A stretch of DNA of 64,000 nucleotides from the NCBI RefSeq assembly GCF_006345805.1, contig NC_043000.1:48050001-48114000 (forward strand), read 5' to 3'. Shown in pieces: positions 14,780 through 26,727 of the stretch. The stretch's first letter is position 1. Each line of letters opens with the position of its first letter. This stretch comes from Octopus sinensis. Taxonomy: Eukaryota. The notes below the pieces were generated by a model. It ran no database searches. It saw nothing but the letters and a program-made list of their open reading frames with translations, and was not told the origin of the DNA. The position numbers and the translations under genes were made by a program.

Positions 14780-15215
14780 GTTGGGGAAAAATATAAAAAC
14801 AATAGAGGATATACATCAAGTAAAAATTGCAAAATCAACAGTAACAATAAATCACAATAATAAAACAATAAAAATAAAGGCAAAATAACAGAAAGAAAAC
14901 ATTCAAAATGGTGAGAAAACAGCAGTACAGATTGATTTAAGGATTTGAAGAACCCCACACAAAATTCCAATATTATTCTGATGCACAAATGATAGTTGCC
15001 TTCTTTTAGTTCCTACTGCCAGCATAGTTAACATAGGTCTATTTAGCCATGTCTATTTTACCATTCCCATCAGCCTGTCATAGAATTTGCCTCCATTTTC
15101 ACTCACAGCTTTTCTTCAAGTAGTTCTTGAGAAAGTTGAAGAGAGCATGACCAGAGAGATCTTCAAATCTTTCGGTATTATTCACTCTTCTTTACCAAAG
15201 GAAGGCACTATGTAA
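14780..15215 (-). mobile_element. Old Tx1/L1-like LINE 3' fragment
   Basis: Minus frame W*RR..LSGHALFNFLKNYLKK resembles the C-terminus seen at 21.3 and 22.5 kb and is followed by a T-rich UTR. Confidence 0.45.
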
Positions 15216-15249
15216 GTGTCTTCATGATAAACTTATCTGATTGCCTGGT

Positions 15250-15890
15250 GAGTACCACATTCAGTATCAGGCTCTCATGGATTCTGACCTTAACTGATTG
15301 GAAGTGTTATCATGTACATTGTTTTGTCTTGGTATAAAAGAAATTGGCTACAGCAATTATTCTGCTATGCCCTGATGCATTACCAGGCAGTGGCTCTCAT
15401 GGTTTCTGATCTTAACTGATTGGAAATGTTATCATGTGCATTGTTTTGTCTTGGTATAAAAGACAGGTTACAGCAAATATTCTGCTCAGTACCACAGATT
15501 TGTTTGTCAGTTGTTTCACCTTAAATAGTTGAGCATGTCCCTTAGTAGCTGACGATATATGCATCTCTGATCATGAGCAGTAGTGGGAGAGCATCATAGT
15601 CATGGGTTGAGAGGAATTCTTTGAGGTTTGGATAATTCACCTGGAAACATGGGTGTTTTGTCCAATATCTTTAAACAATCCCTGAGTGAGATGGGCTACT
15701 CAACCGGGCCCCACCTGCAATGTCATGTGCTGTTTATCTTGACATGGAATCACCATGTCATGTACATATGGTTGTGATACATGATGGGTAGTCATGATGG
15801 CTATATTGAGCTTAGTATATTTGTACCCCAATGTCACTCTAATGGTGTGCGCTGCTCTCTCATGCAATATTAATAATAATAATAATAATA
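15250..15890 (+). mobile_element. Unclassified retroposon 3' region with internal ~120-bp tandem duplication and (TAA)n tail
   Basis: GGCTCTCATGG..TCTGA..TTAACTGATTGGAA..GTTATCATGT occurs twice (about 15270 and 15393); ends in AATAATAAT. Confidence 0.5.
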
Positions 15891-15892
15891 AT

Positions 15893-16085
15893 TATAGGCA
15901 CAAGACCTGAAATTTCAGGGGAGTGGGTAAGTTGATTACATCAACCTCAGTGCTGAACTGGTACTTATTTTATCAACTCCGAAAGGATGTTGGCCTCTGC
16001 AAAATTTGATCTTACAATGGAAAGACAGATGAAATACCACTAAACATTTCACCTAGCATGCTAATGATTCAGCCAGCTCACTTCC

Positions 16086-16123
<38 letters not shown>

Positions 16124-17361
16124 CCTTTCTACTGTAAGTACAATGCCTGAAGTTTTGTGGGTGAGGGATTGTCAATTACATTGACCCCAGTGCTTAACAG
16201 ATTCTTATTCCATCAACCCCCAAAAGGATAAAATGCAAAGTTGACCTCACCTGAATTTGAACTGAGAAAGTAAAGACAGATGAAATACTAATAAGCATTT
16301 TGTCCAGAGAGCTAGCAATTTTGCCAGTGTGGGGCCTTTTTTTTTTTTTGCAAGGCTAGAATTTTAAGGAAGGGAATTATTGATTAAATTGATTCCAGTT
16401 CTAGACTAGCATTTGATTTTATTGACCCAAACATGATGAAAAGCAATGCAGCTGTCAGCAGGATTTGAACACAGAATGTAAAAACTGAAACAAATATTGC
16501 AAGGTATTTAATTTTAGTTTGACTCTCTAATTGTTCTGCCAATCATTTTTTATTTTATTAACCATAAGGATCCAAGATATGGTCAATATAAATGCAATAT
16601 GAATTATGAAAATATGAATATAAAATATTAAATAAAACAACTGATGAGCTATTTGGAGGGTTAATTATCAAGTAAAAGGAAGTGATTAACCTAACAATGA
16701 AGATATATTAAGGAACAGACAACAATAAAAGACAACAACACAAAAGAAAATTTTTAAATAAGATCCACTGAATGATATCACATATAATAATCTATGGTAC
16801 TCCACACATAAAGCCATAGATTTCTTGGATACAGAAGAACAATTGATTTCTTCTTGTCCTTCCCACCGATCTACAGGCTCTTGCAATAATAATATTAATA
16901 ATAATAATGATTTCAAATTTTGGCCTAAGGCCAGCAATTTTGAGGCATGGGTTAAGTTGATTGCATCAATCTGAGTGTTCTACTGGCACTTATTTTATCA
17001 ACCCCGAAAGTATGAAAGCCAAAGTTGACCTTGATGGAATTTGAACTCAGAACATAAAGATGGACAAAATGCAGCTTAGCATTTTGCCTGGCATGCTAAT
17101 AATTCTGTCAGCTCACCACCTTAATAATAATAATAATAGGATGATGATGGTCCCAAATTTTGGCACAAGGCTAGCAATTTCAAGGGAAGGGCATGTCAAT
17201 TACATTGACCCAAGTGCTCAACTGGTACTTATTTTATCAATCCTGAGAGATTGAAAGGCAAAGTTGACTTCTATAATATTGGAATTCAGAGCATAAGGAA
17301 CCAGAAGAAATACAACTAAAGCATTTTGTCTGGTTTGGGGATGATTCTGCCAACTCACTGC
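15893..17361 (-). mobile_element. Head-to-tail cluster of CpG-depleted SINE family C copies
   Basis: Copies at about 15893-16087, 16122-16328, 16350-16500, 16911-17122 and 17150-17361, separated by (TAA)n or short spacers. Confidence 0.85.
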
Positions 17362-17381
17362 TGTGATGGTAATAACAAAAA

Positions 17382-17612
17382 GGCGGCGAGCTGGCAGAAA
17401 CGTTAGCACGCCGGGCAAAACGCTTAGCAGTATTTCTTCTGCTGTTACATTCTGAGTTCAAATTCCGCGGATGTCAACTTTGCCTTTCATCCTTTCGGGG
17501 TCGATAAATTAAGTACCAGTTACGCCCTGGGGTCGATATAATCGACTTAATCCGTTTGTCTGTCCTTGTTTGTCCTCTCTATGTTTAGCCCCTTGTGGGT
17601 AGTAAAGAAATA
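17382..17612 (+). mobile_element. tRNA-derived SINE, family A, young full-length copy
   Basis: Head GGCGGCGAGCTGGCAGAAACGTTAGC with B-box-like GAGTTCAAATTCC; tail GTAAAGAAATA; many paralogs in the window. Confidence 0.9.
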
Positions 17613-17641
17613 GGTAATTACAATAATGATAGCAATGATGA

Positions 17642-17858
17642 CCCTTTCTGTTATAGGTGCATGGCCTTGAATTTTGGAGGAGGGAGCAGTTGATTACATT
17701 GACCCCAGTATTTGACTGGTACTTATTTTTATTGATCCTGTAAAAGGATGAAAGGTAAAGGTGACCTCTGTGGTATTTGAACTCAGAATGTAAAGACAGA
17801 TGAAATGCCAGCAAGCATTTTGTCTGGCATGTTAGCAGTTCTGCCAGATCGCCACCTT
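17642..17858 (-). mobile_element. SINE family C copy
   Basis: Same core. Further copies at about 20770-20910, 21500-21700, 21921-22090, 50020-50140 and 58771-58995 (-), and 40258-40425, 42525-42725 and 57840-57990 (+). Confidence 0.85.
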
Positions 17859-18389
17859 GATAACCACACATATATTAAAAGGTGATGCTTTTCACACTTC
17901 TGTCACCCTGGTAGAAGGAAGCTTAAATAAACAAACGGTGTGGGAGTGAGTGACAGCCAGAGATGTCAAAGGCTGGTGAACTGTGGTGAGAGGGTTTTTT
18001 TGATGAAGTCACTGTAATTTAATCAAAATGAAGCTGCAAATTTTTATTGTACATTTTATTCAATTTATCAATTTCATGAATGTATGAAATTAAATATTAA
18101 ACTCATTTTCTTTTTAAAATATCATTGTTCATGTAACATTTATAAATTATATGTATGTATGTAGGCACCTTTGGCAAATGTCTTCTACTATACTCCAAGA
18201 GAGAACAATGCCACAAACTAAATGAAGACTATTATAAATAGGCATGTGTTTGTGTGTGTGTGTGTGGCTGTGTGTCTGTGTGTGTATGTATGGGCTTTTG
18301 TGTGATTATATATGTCTATATGCAATACATATACATATGTGTGTACTACGTATATGAATACATATGTATGTAAGTGTGTATGTATATAG

Positions 18390-18800
18390 GCATATTAGTT
18401 GGTGGAGGTTCGTTTTCCATGGGTTCACAAATGAGATTTGAGCCCAGCAAAAGAAAGGCATGGTCTGACACAAACTGTGCACACAAAAAAAAACCTTCTT
18501 GATTGTAACATTCTTCCTTAAATCTCTTTTGAGTTATGCATGTGCTCTCCTGGCCTCTTCAAACACTTTCACTCCACTCTACACTTTTGTTCACCATCCA
18601 GCTTGATCTGAAGCAAGGGTTTCTATGTCCTCTGGATCCATTCCAAGCAACTTCGTAGTATCCTTACGTCGTCCTTAAACCTTTTTTTTAGGTTTATGCT
18701 GATAGTGTTTCCCCCTCTGCAAGCTCACCACAAAACAGCTGTTTGGACATGTATTCATCTGCCGTTCAAACAATATGGCCATACCATCTCTATTCTGCCT
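18390..18800 (-). mobile_element. RTE-clade LINE, RT C-terminal region to first zinc finger (inverted segment)
   Basis: Minus frames give RWYGHIV..ADEYMSKQLFCGELAEG, QHKPKK, GMDPEDIETLASDQAGW, GVKVFEEARRAH, CTVCVRPCLSFAGLKSHL, with stops and frameshifts. Confidence 0.8.
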
Positions 18801-19060
18801 TATATGACTGTGCACACCTTTAAATGCAATGTATGCCAGAAGGTGTATAAATCTAACAGAGGCCTCAAAAGACATTTTAAGATCCACAAAGATCAGAACT
18901 TATCTGCAGCTCTTGGTGGTCCAAATCGGATATGCAATCTATGTGGATATCTTTTCAGAACATTGTCTCATTTAAAAAGCCACATCAGATGTCATGATGG
19001 TTCTAAGGTGTAGGTACAGGTGGTGGTCAAACTCTGCATAAGGAGAAGACAAACAACATC
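18801..19060 (+). mobile_element. RTE-clade LINE 3' end with two C2H2-like zinc fingers and short 3' UTR
   Basis: FKCNVCQKVYKSNRGLKRHFKIH and ICNLCGYLFRTLSHLKSHIRCH, then a stop and a short UTR ending GACAAACAACATC. Abuts the inverted RT segment. Confidence 0.7.
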
Positions 19061-19074
19061 TATGTATATATTAC

Positions 19075-19420
19075 TCCTTGTAATCATTTAATTTCTGTTT
19101 TCCATGCTGGAATGGGTTGGACAGTTTTCCAAGAGCTGGAAAACCAGAGAGCTGCAACTGGTCCCAGTCTGATTTGGTATGGTTTCTATGGCTGGATGTC
19201 CTTCCCAATGCCAACCACTTTATACTTTCAATGTCGTACTGCCCAAATGCTTTGATGTAGCATCAGCATGAATGCTTTTATGGCACAAGAATCTTGCATG
19301 CCAATCCTCTTCACCAGGGAGAGTGGCCTTAACACTTCTGTTGTAGAATTCAGGTCTTCTTGAGTACGGTAAAGCACCAGGTTCCTCTGCCCTTTGTCAT
19401 CTCATCTGAAAGGTACAGCA
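19075..19420 (-). mobile_element. Retroposon with a ...CCAGCATGGAAA..(TGA)n tail (family F)
   Basis: Tail motif shared with 20090-20265, 25290-25470, 28600-28770, 45640-45910, 53080-53290 and 58000-58310. Confidence 0.65.
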
Positions 19421-19438
19421 TCTTGAGGTTGTCTGTTC

Positions 19439-19478
<40 letters not shown>

Positions 19479-19680
19479 TTACTCTGTATTGTGTATTTGT
19501 TTCTTTTGGCGTCTGAAATTTGTAATCTATTATAATGAAGCTGTATCCCTTAATTTGTTGTATACATATACTGAGAAGAAATCTTGCAACACAGACGTTA
19601 TTTTTACAAGATACATCTTGTAACCACCCAAGAAGACACAACTATACTGACAGATACACACCTAAACCAGATTTTCAGTA

Positions 19681-19737
19681 TCTCACCTGTGAGGGATCAA
19701 TGCTAGATGAGTTGAAACAATTGTAATGATCAATAAA
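19681..19737 (+). ncRNA. Decayed hammerhead ribozyme motif followed by AATAAA
   Basis: TCTCAC-CTGTGAG-GGATC...AGTT-GAAA-C-AATT-GTA-ATGA-TC-AATAAA. One core base is missing; palindromic CAATTG. Confidence 0.55.
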
Positions 19738-20404
19738 CCTTCTTGTATCTTCTATCTTCCATTTCTCTCATTAATGAAATATATATATATATGTATATAG
19801 ACAGATAGACAGACGGACAGATAGACGGACAGATAGATGGATAGATAAATAGACAGATAAATAGATACAGACAGATAGATAAATAGACAGACAGAGAGAT
19901 AGATAGACAGACAGAGAGATATATATATAGATTGATAGACAGACAAATAGATAGACAGTTAGAAAGATAGATATATAAGTAGACAGATAGATATTTAGGC
20001 AGATAGATAGATAAATAGATATAGATAAACAGACAGACAGATAAATAAACCTACTTATGTTTGTATGTATGTTTTACTACCTTCTTGTCTTGATATGGTG
20101 TGATAATTGCGAGTACCATTGTCATCAGAAAAGTACTCTTTGGTTCCAAACATTCATGAAAACATGTCTGGTCACGAGGACCAGGTGAGGGATGATCACA
20201 AGAAAAGCTTCCAGCCATACAAAATCTCTCTGATCCATACTAGCATGGAAAATTGGATGTTATATGTATACATAATATTATGTAAATGACAATATTTTCA
20301 ATAGAGTCATTATGACTGCATCTGTTCAAGTGCTTCAATTGTAAGCACATACATATTAGTCAACGGCCGACATTCAGCAATTTTGATGCACTGTTCTATC
20401 ACTC

Positions 20405-20704
20405 CTTCTTCCTTCTCGAGACATGTCTGGCTCATAAGGGCTGGTTTCCCGGTTTCCTTGGTGTATAGGTTCCCCACCTGGATGAGATGCTGGTACATTG
20501 CAGGTGAGCTGCAAGATGCAGGAGGAAAGAGTGAGAGAAAGTTATGGCGAAAGAGTCAGCAGAAGTTTGCCATAACCTTCTGCCGGAGCCGTGTAGAGCT
20601 TCAGTGTTTCATTCATAAACACACACATCGCCCGGTCTAAGATTAAACTCACAATTCCTCGACCGCAAGTTCACTGCTCTAACCACTAGGCCATCTGCCT
20701 CCAC
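20405..20704 (-). mobile_element. tRNA-derived SINE, family E
   Basis: Minus head GTGGAGGCAGATGGCCTAGTGGTTAGAGCAG is tRNA-like; distinct body. Confidence 0.7.
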
Positions 20705-20994
20705 TTTCTATCACTAATAAAACTGTTAGCATTTTTGATGACACAAGTATGCTAGAAGTAATAATGACAATCTTTTCTACTATATGCACAAGGCCTCAAA
20801 TTTTGGGTAGTGGGGTCTAGTCAATTACATTGATCCAATGTTTTACTGGTACTTAATTTATTGAATCCAGTGTCCAGTGTGCTAACAATTGGGCTAGCTC
20901 ACCATCTTAAAAAATAAAGCTATATATTATAGCATGTAAATATTGGGATAAAACTGTTTCAACAGAAAAAGTCAAAGGCTGCCCATGGGACACA

Positions 20995-21470
20995 AATCCA
21001 ATAATAATAATAATAATAATAATAATAATCCTTTCTTTATTAGCCACAAAATTAAGATTGGACATTTCAAAACATGAAGGACAAAGTGGAGGTTACATAA
21101 AGTGTTGTGTAAAAAGTCAATAACAATAAAAAAATATAACAAAGAAAATGACTAAAAGAGGCAAGTAACTCAGGGCTACTCATGGAGACCCCAAGAAAAA
21201 TCCATAAGTGCCCCGACCACAAGGGCAAGGGCTCTCTCTCTCGGCCTTGGAAGCTCAAATGCACATGCTCAAAGAAGGCCCATTGATAAAGAACATCTTT
21301 GCCACATTCACCTACCTTTCAACAAATGTGATGAAAGTCAGCACCTCTCTCTCAACCCTCACTTTCCTTTTTAGATGGTATCTGAAAAAGTTGATGAAGA
21401 ATAGGCCAAAGAAGAAAGTATGTCTTCAACCCTTTCAGTCTAGACCACCACACAATCTCTTTTACTACAT
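20995..21470 (-). mobile_element. Tx1/L1-like LINE 3' end with T-rich UTR and (TAA)n tail
   Basis: Minus frames VVKEIVWWSRLKGLK and LINFFRYHLKRKVRVEREVL..FVER*VNVAKM. Confidence 0.75.
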
Positions 21471-22429
21471 TATAATAATGATAGTAATAATGATAATGAT
21501 TTCAAATTTTGGCACAAGGCCAGAAATTTTGGTAAAGGTAAGTTAAATTGACTTAAAGTGCTCAACTGCTACATACTTCATCAACCCCAAGGGGATGAAA
21601 GTCAGAGTTAACTTCAGTGGAATTCGAACTCAGAGTATAAAGATATGAAATGCTGCTAAGCATTTTGCCCAGTATGCTAATGATTCTGCTAGCTTGCCTT
21701 TTTTACACTAATAATAATAATGAAATTATTCTAAGATTTCTTTATTAGCCTCAAGGGCTGCAAAGAACATTTAGGACAATACAAAAACAAAGAACAGTGG
21801 TGATTTACATAAAAATTATGTAAACATCTAAAACAATTACAATTAACAAAATTTTTGATGAACACTACATTATGTAGACATGCTAACAATTCTGTCAGCT
21901 CACTACCTAATAATAATAATAAGGCACAAGGCCTGAAATTTTGGGAGAGGCTGACAGTCAATTACATCAAACCCAGTAGTCAACTGGTACTTATTTTATC
22001 AACCCCAAAAGGTTGAAATGCAAAGCTGACCTCAACAGAATTTGAACTCAGAACATGAAGGCAGATGAAATACTGTGAAGCATTTCACCTGTAAGTACCA
22101 GTTAGACACTGGGGCTGATGTGAACATCGAGCCCCCACCCACACATTTCAGGCCTTGTGCCTATAGTAGAAAAGATTATTATTATTACTACTAGCATACC
22201 TGTGTCATCAAAAATGCAAAGTTTTATTAGTGATAGAAACAGTGCATCATGATGACGAAACCATTGCTGAATGTCAGTCTTAAACAGAAGGAAAAACACA
22301 ACCAAGGAATCCCATCGATCCTGACCCTCCTTTCTCATCAGGTGTACCATGTCAAGTGCTCCTCTCTCCTCTTACATCGCTCCTACATCTCAGCCTATAA
22401 ATGCCAACTTAGAGTAGGTCCACTTTCTT

Positions 22430-22640
22430 GAACTGTCATCACCACATTTACCCACCATTCATCAAATTTACACGGATTTGTGGCAGGGTATCAGCACCTC
22501 TCTCCCAGTCCACATGTTCCTTTCCAAATTGAATTAAAAAAAAAAAAAGTCAATGAGGGCTTTGCCAAAGAAGAAGGCCCCTGTCTTCGGTCTTGCCATT
22601 CTTGTCTACCACACAACCTCTTTCGCCATAGCTACCAGAA
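22430..22640 (-). mobile_element. Tx1/L1-like LINE 3' fragment
   Basis: Minus frame VAMAKEVVW*TRM..GKALIDFF..REVL..WWVNVV; homologous to 21300-21470. Confidence 0.65.
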
Positions 22641-23553
22641 AAATTTCTTCTTTGGTTACATATGCTAAAGACATTTGGGACATTGGAAAAGAAGAAAATA
22701 TGTAAGAAAAGAAACGGTAAGAGGTTTGGCATTGAGGTAAAGAGTGAGATCAACAATAACTACAAAAACATTAAAAAACAGGTAATAATAATAATAATGA
22801 TAATGATGATAATGAGGGAGGATGATGATGGTAATAATAATATGGTGGTGATAATAATAATAATAAGAAGAAGAAGAAGAACAATGATAATATTGATAAT
22901 GATTGGAGAAAAATACTATAATGGGATGAATCATTGATATTTTGCTATCTATTGAAAATGGCAGCCAGGAGAAAAAATGTCATTGACACATACATAACAT
23001 AACCCATCACACATACACATACACACACACATGCATATATATATATACATACATACTCCCTCTTATACACACATACATTAGAGAGGAAATCAGAGATAGA
23101 AGCAGACGGATTGAGAGAGCGATACAGGCACAGACTCATACACAAAATTATTGGAAAGCGCAGTGATTGTGATGTCATGTGCAACGTGTATATATTGGTA
23201 AGCAAATAAGAGACATAAAAAGCCTGATTATAGGCTTTTAACACATTTGTCTTCACATACCATTGATTCCTCGAACTGTTTTCATTACTGTCTTATGTCA
23301 CAACTTCACTTCATGCATTGCATTATAAGGAAGGAACATTCTTACATTATTTTCAGTCACTTTCTCTCTTTCTTGCTTTCTCTCTCTCTCTCCTTTTCTT
23401 CTCTGCCACGGCAACGACTGCTATCATAACTATCAATATTATTTCTTTCATCTCACTTCTCCGTCTTTCTTTATTTCTGTCTCTTTCACTCTACTTAAAT
23501 TTCAAACCTCACTTTCCTCTATCTCCTCCACTCTCTCTCTCTTCCTCTCTCTC

Positions 23554-23596
<43 letters not shown>

Positions 23597-24660
23597 TCAC
23601 ACACATACAAATACACCGTACTCTCTTGCTCTCTCTATATATGAATATATATATATATATACTCATACAAATACACCGTACTCTCTTGCTCTCTCTATAT
23701 ATGAATATATATATATAAATATGTGTGTGTGTATATGTATATATGCATCCATATATATGTGTGTGTGTACATGTTTACATGAATATATATATATATTATA
23801 TATATTTATATATATCACTCTCTCTCTCCCTCTCTGTACTACTATAGTAACACCTCTCACTCTACTTTTATTTCACCACCTCTATCTTCCTCTAGCATCT
23901 ACCTTCTTTCTATCTCTCATTCACTCTTCACTCTCTCTTACACCTTCTTCTTTCTCTCTCTCTCTTTCTCTTAGTTTCTGTAAATCATTCCCCCTCTTCA
24001 CTTCTCTACCTTGATCAATCACTCACCTCACCCCACTATCACTATCATTCTCTCTTCTTCGGCATTCAGCTTAATTTTCCAGAATTTTCTTTTGAAAAGT
24101 TTCTTTCTCTCTTTTTCTCTGGCATCAACGAAAGCTTTCTCTAATGATTATCAGTCTTTTATGGTTCAATGTCTGCTTGTCAGGCAAATAGAATTACTCA
24201 CTTCGACTTCCTCTACATTTACACTACATACAGACACACTGACAAACTAATTCTGAGATGCACACACACACATGCATGCAGTACACGCACATACACACAC
24301 ACACACACACACACCACAGAAAATATATACACACACATACATGCAAGCATACTCATTCACATCCACTCATAAGCACAAGTTATAGATAGATATGTGGATG
24401 TTAAACATTTGTGTGGGTGTGTGTGTGTATATATAGATAGATATACAGGTTTGTCTACATTTGTACAAATGTATGTATGCATGTTGTGTATGTGGATTGG
24501 AGCAATCTCGAGTATAAACAGCTGAAATTGCAAAGATAATCTGGAACTCGACTGAGGAAAGTAAACTCTGAATGACCCGTCCTTGTTTTCTTTGTATCAT
24601 TTATCTGGATGTTTTGCATTCTTGTCCCATTTTGTATTTTATATGTGTGTGTGTATATAT

Positions 24661-24722
<62 letters not shown>

Positions 24723-25924
24723 CACATACATACATACAACAAGCTTCTTTTAGTTTCTCTCTGCCAAATCTACTCACAAGGCTTGGTTACTGTGGACTAT
24801 AATAATACTTATTTGCCGAAGGTAGCATAAAGTTGGACTGGATCTGAAACCATGTGGTTGGAAAGCAAAGTTCTGAACTACATAACCACTTATGTAAAGA
24901 GTATGCATGCATGTATTTATGCATGCATGTGTGTGTGTGTGTGCATATGTAACAAGTTTATCTCAGCTCATGTGTTTTGCATACTTTTCCTTAAAAATCA
25001 TTGTATGTCCACATTAATGTATCCTGCCTGCAAGAGTATAAAAATAAAATAAAATAACTGATGTCACTTACATAGCATAAACAATCTCACAACTTGAAGC
25101 CGCTTTGAATATCATTTAAATTCTTCCTACTCTGTATCCAAACGTCAGGTAAGGTGGATTTAGTCTAGAACCACAAAGCTTTGAGTAATGTAAGGAAGAT
25201 TTTTTTTTTTTAATTCTTTCTTGTCTTGCAATTTACTTGTTGACCTCATTAGTGACACCAGCACTAAAAAAAAGAAAAAAAAAAAAGAAAAAACATGCTG
25301 TTAATACTGTAAAGTGGTTGGCATTAGGAACGGTATCCAGCTGTAGAATACATACCGAAGCAGACATCATAGCCCAACACAGCCTTGCAGCTTCTTTGAT
25401 ATTTTCAAATCATCCAATGCATACCAGCATAGAAAAGAGGCATTAAATGGATGATGACGATGATAATGGTGATGTATATATGTGTTTGGAAACAGTTAAT
25501 TAGTCACTCTATCAATACATGATATCTCATCATTTATCTTTTACTTGTTTCAATCATTAGACTGCAGCCATGAAGGGGCTCTACCTTGAAGAATGTTTTA
25601 TTGAGTGAACTGACCCCAGTACTTATTTTTTCCTTTTTTTTTTGTTAAACCTGGAATTTATCCTGTTGTTTCTCTTTTCCTGAACTGCTAGTTTATGGGA
25701 ACATAAACACACCAACATTGGTTGTCAAGCAGTGGCAAGGACAAACACATATACAAAGACACACATGCACACAATGATCGTATTGCATTACCTCTGGATA
25801 TCCTCGTTGCTTATTTTGATATATATACATATATATATTGTTGGAATTTATAGAAAACCAAAAGATGAAGACAGATGTATGAACAACAAGCAAGTGTATT
25901 GTTTGATGCTCAGGAAAATGAAAA

Positions 25925-25965
25925 GGTCTTTTAGGTTTTGAGCCTATGCTCTTTATCAGAACGGA
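25925..25965 (-). ncRNA. Strongly decayed hammerhead-like remnant
   Basis: Minus strand reads CTGATAA-A-GAGC-ATAG-GCTC-AAAA-C. The helix II hairpin is intact; both core segments carry G>A changes. Confidence 0.4.
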
Positions 25966-26161
25966 AGAGAAAATAAACAGAGAGAATGAAAAAAAACTTG
26001 GTCTCCCCAGTTTTATCCTGCCTTAACTTCCTACTCTGGACTTACATATATTTAACGCTTTCTGAACTTTCTGCATCTATCGTCATCTACATGCCAGCAC
26101 TCTGCCCAGATTACCACTGGATATACTGACTTTACTTTCATGGATTTCACTGGAATTTTTC

Positions 26162-26192
<31 letters not shown>

Positions 26193-26594
26193 CAAATTGA
26201 GATAGGGGTTGTAAATGCAACTCTCCATGGGATAACATGTATCCAATATACTGCTAGTGAAGTACCCAACAAAGTTAATACATAAATGTTAAGGATTGCG
26301 ATGCAATCAATTCATTTACTGTATTATATGGGCAAAGGTAAAATGATTTACCACAAATTACTAATACAGGATAAGAAAATGGAGAAATACATCTAAATCA
26401 AATATCAATTACCAGATAATACTCAATCACATACTTTATTAAACCATCACATAAGAGACTGTGAGTTAAACATAAAAAAGCAGAACAAATTAGTGTACAT
26501 AAAGGAATGTACATAAAAAAGTGTACATAAAAGAGTAATGTTGTATAATAAATAGAATATATATAAAAAAGAGAATATAAATATAAGTATAGAT

Positions 26595-26727
26595 TACATC
26601 TTACAGCTGTTTCGGCCATGTAGATAAGTATGTCTCATTTTACCAATATTAGCCTTTTATGGTAGGTCAATATATAGATATAAATGAGACATTTACAAAA
26701 ATATCATAAGGCCTCCTCGGAGATATA
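26595..26727 (-). ncRNA. Type I hammerhead ribozyme motif, near intact (U4>C)
   Basis: Minus strand reads TATATCT-CCGAGGA-GGCC...GGCC-GAAA-C-AGCT-GTA-AGATGTA. 7-bp helix I with one G:U, helix II GGCC/GGCC with inner 11-bp inverted repeat ATGTCTCATTT/AAATGAGACAT, palindromic CAGCTG helix III. Confidence 0.8.

Noticed and set aside
17382-17460. tRNA gene
   Set aside because: A/B-box-like motifs are present, but it is the head of a multi-copy SINE with no cloverleaf 3' end. The same applies to 37046 and 49629.
18696-19013. ORF with two C2H2 zinc fingers as a member of the cephalopod C2H2-ZNF gene expansion
   Set aside because: No TGEKP linkers. The 5' third of the ORF is the antisense of RT-thumb sequence, and it ends in a LINE-type 3' UTR, so it is better explained as an RTE C-terminus.
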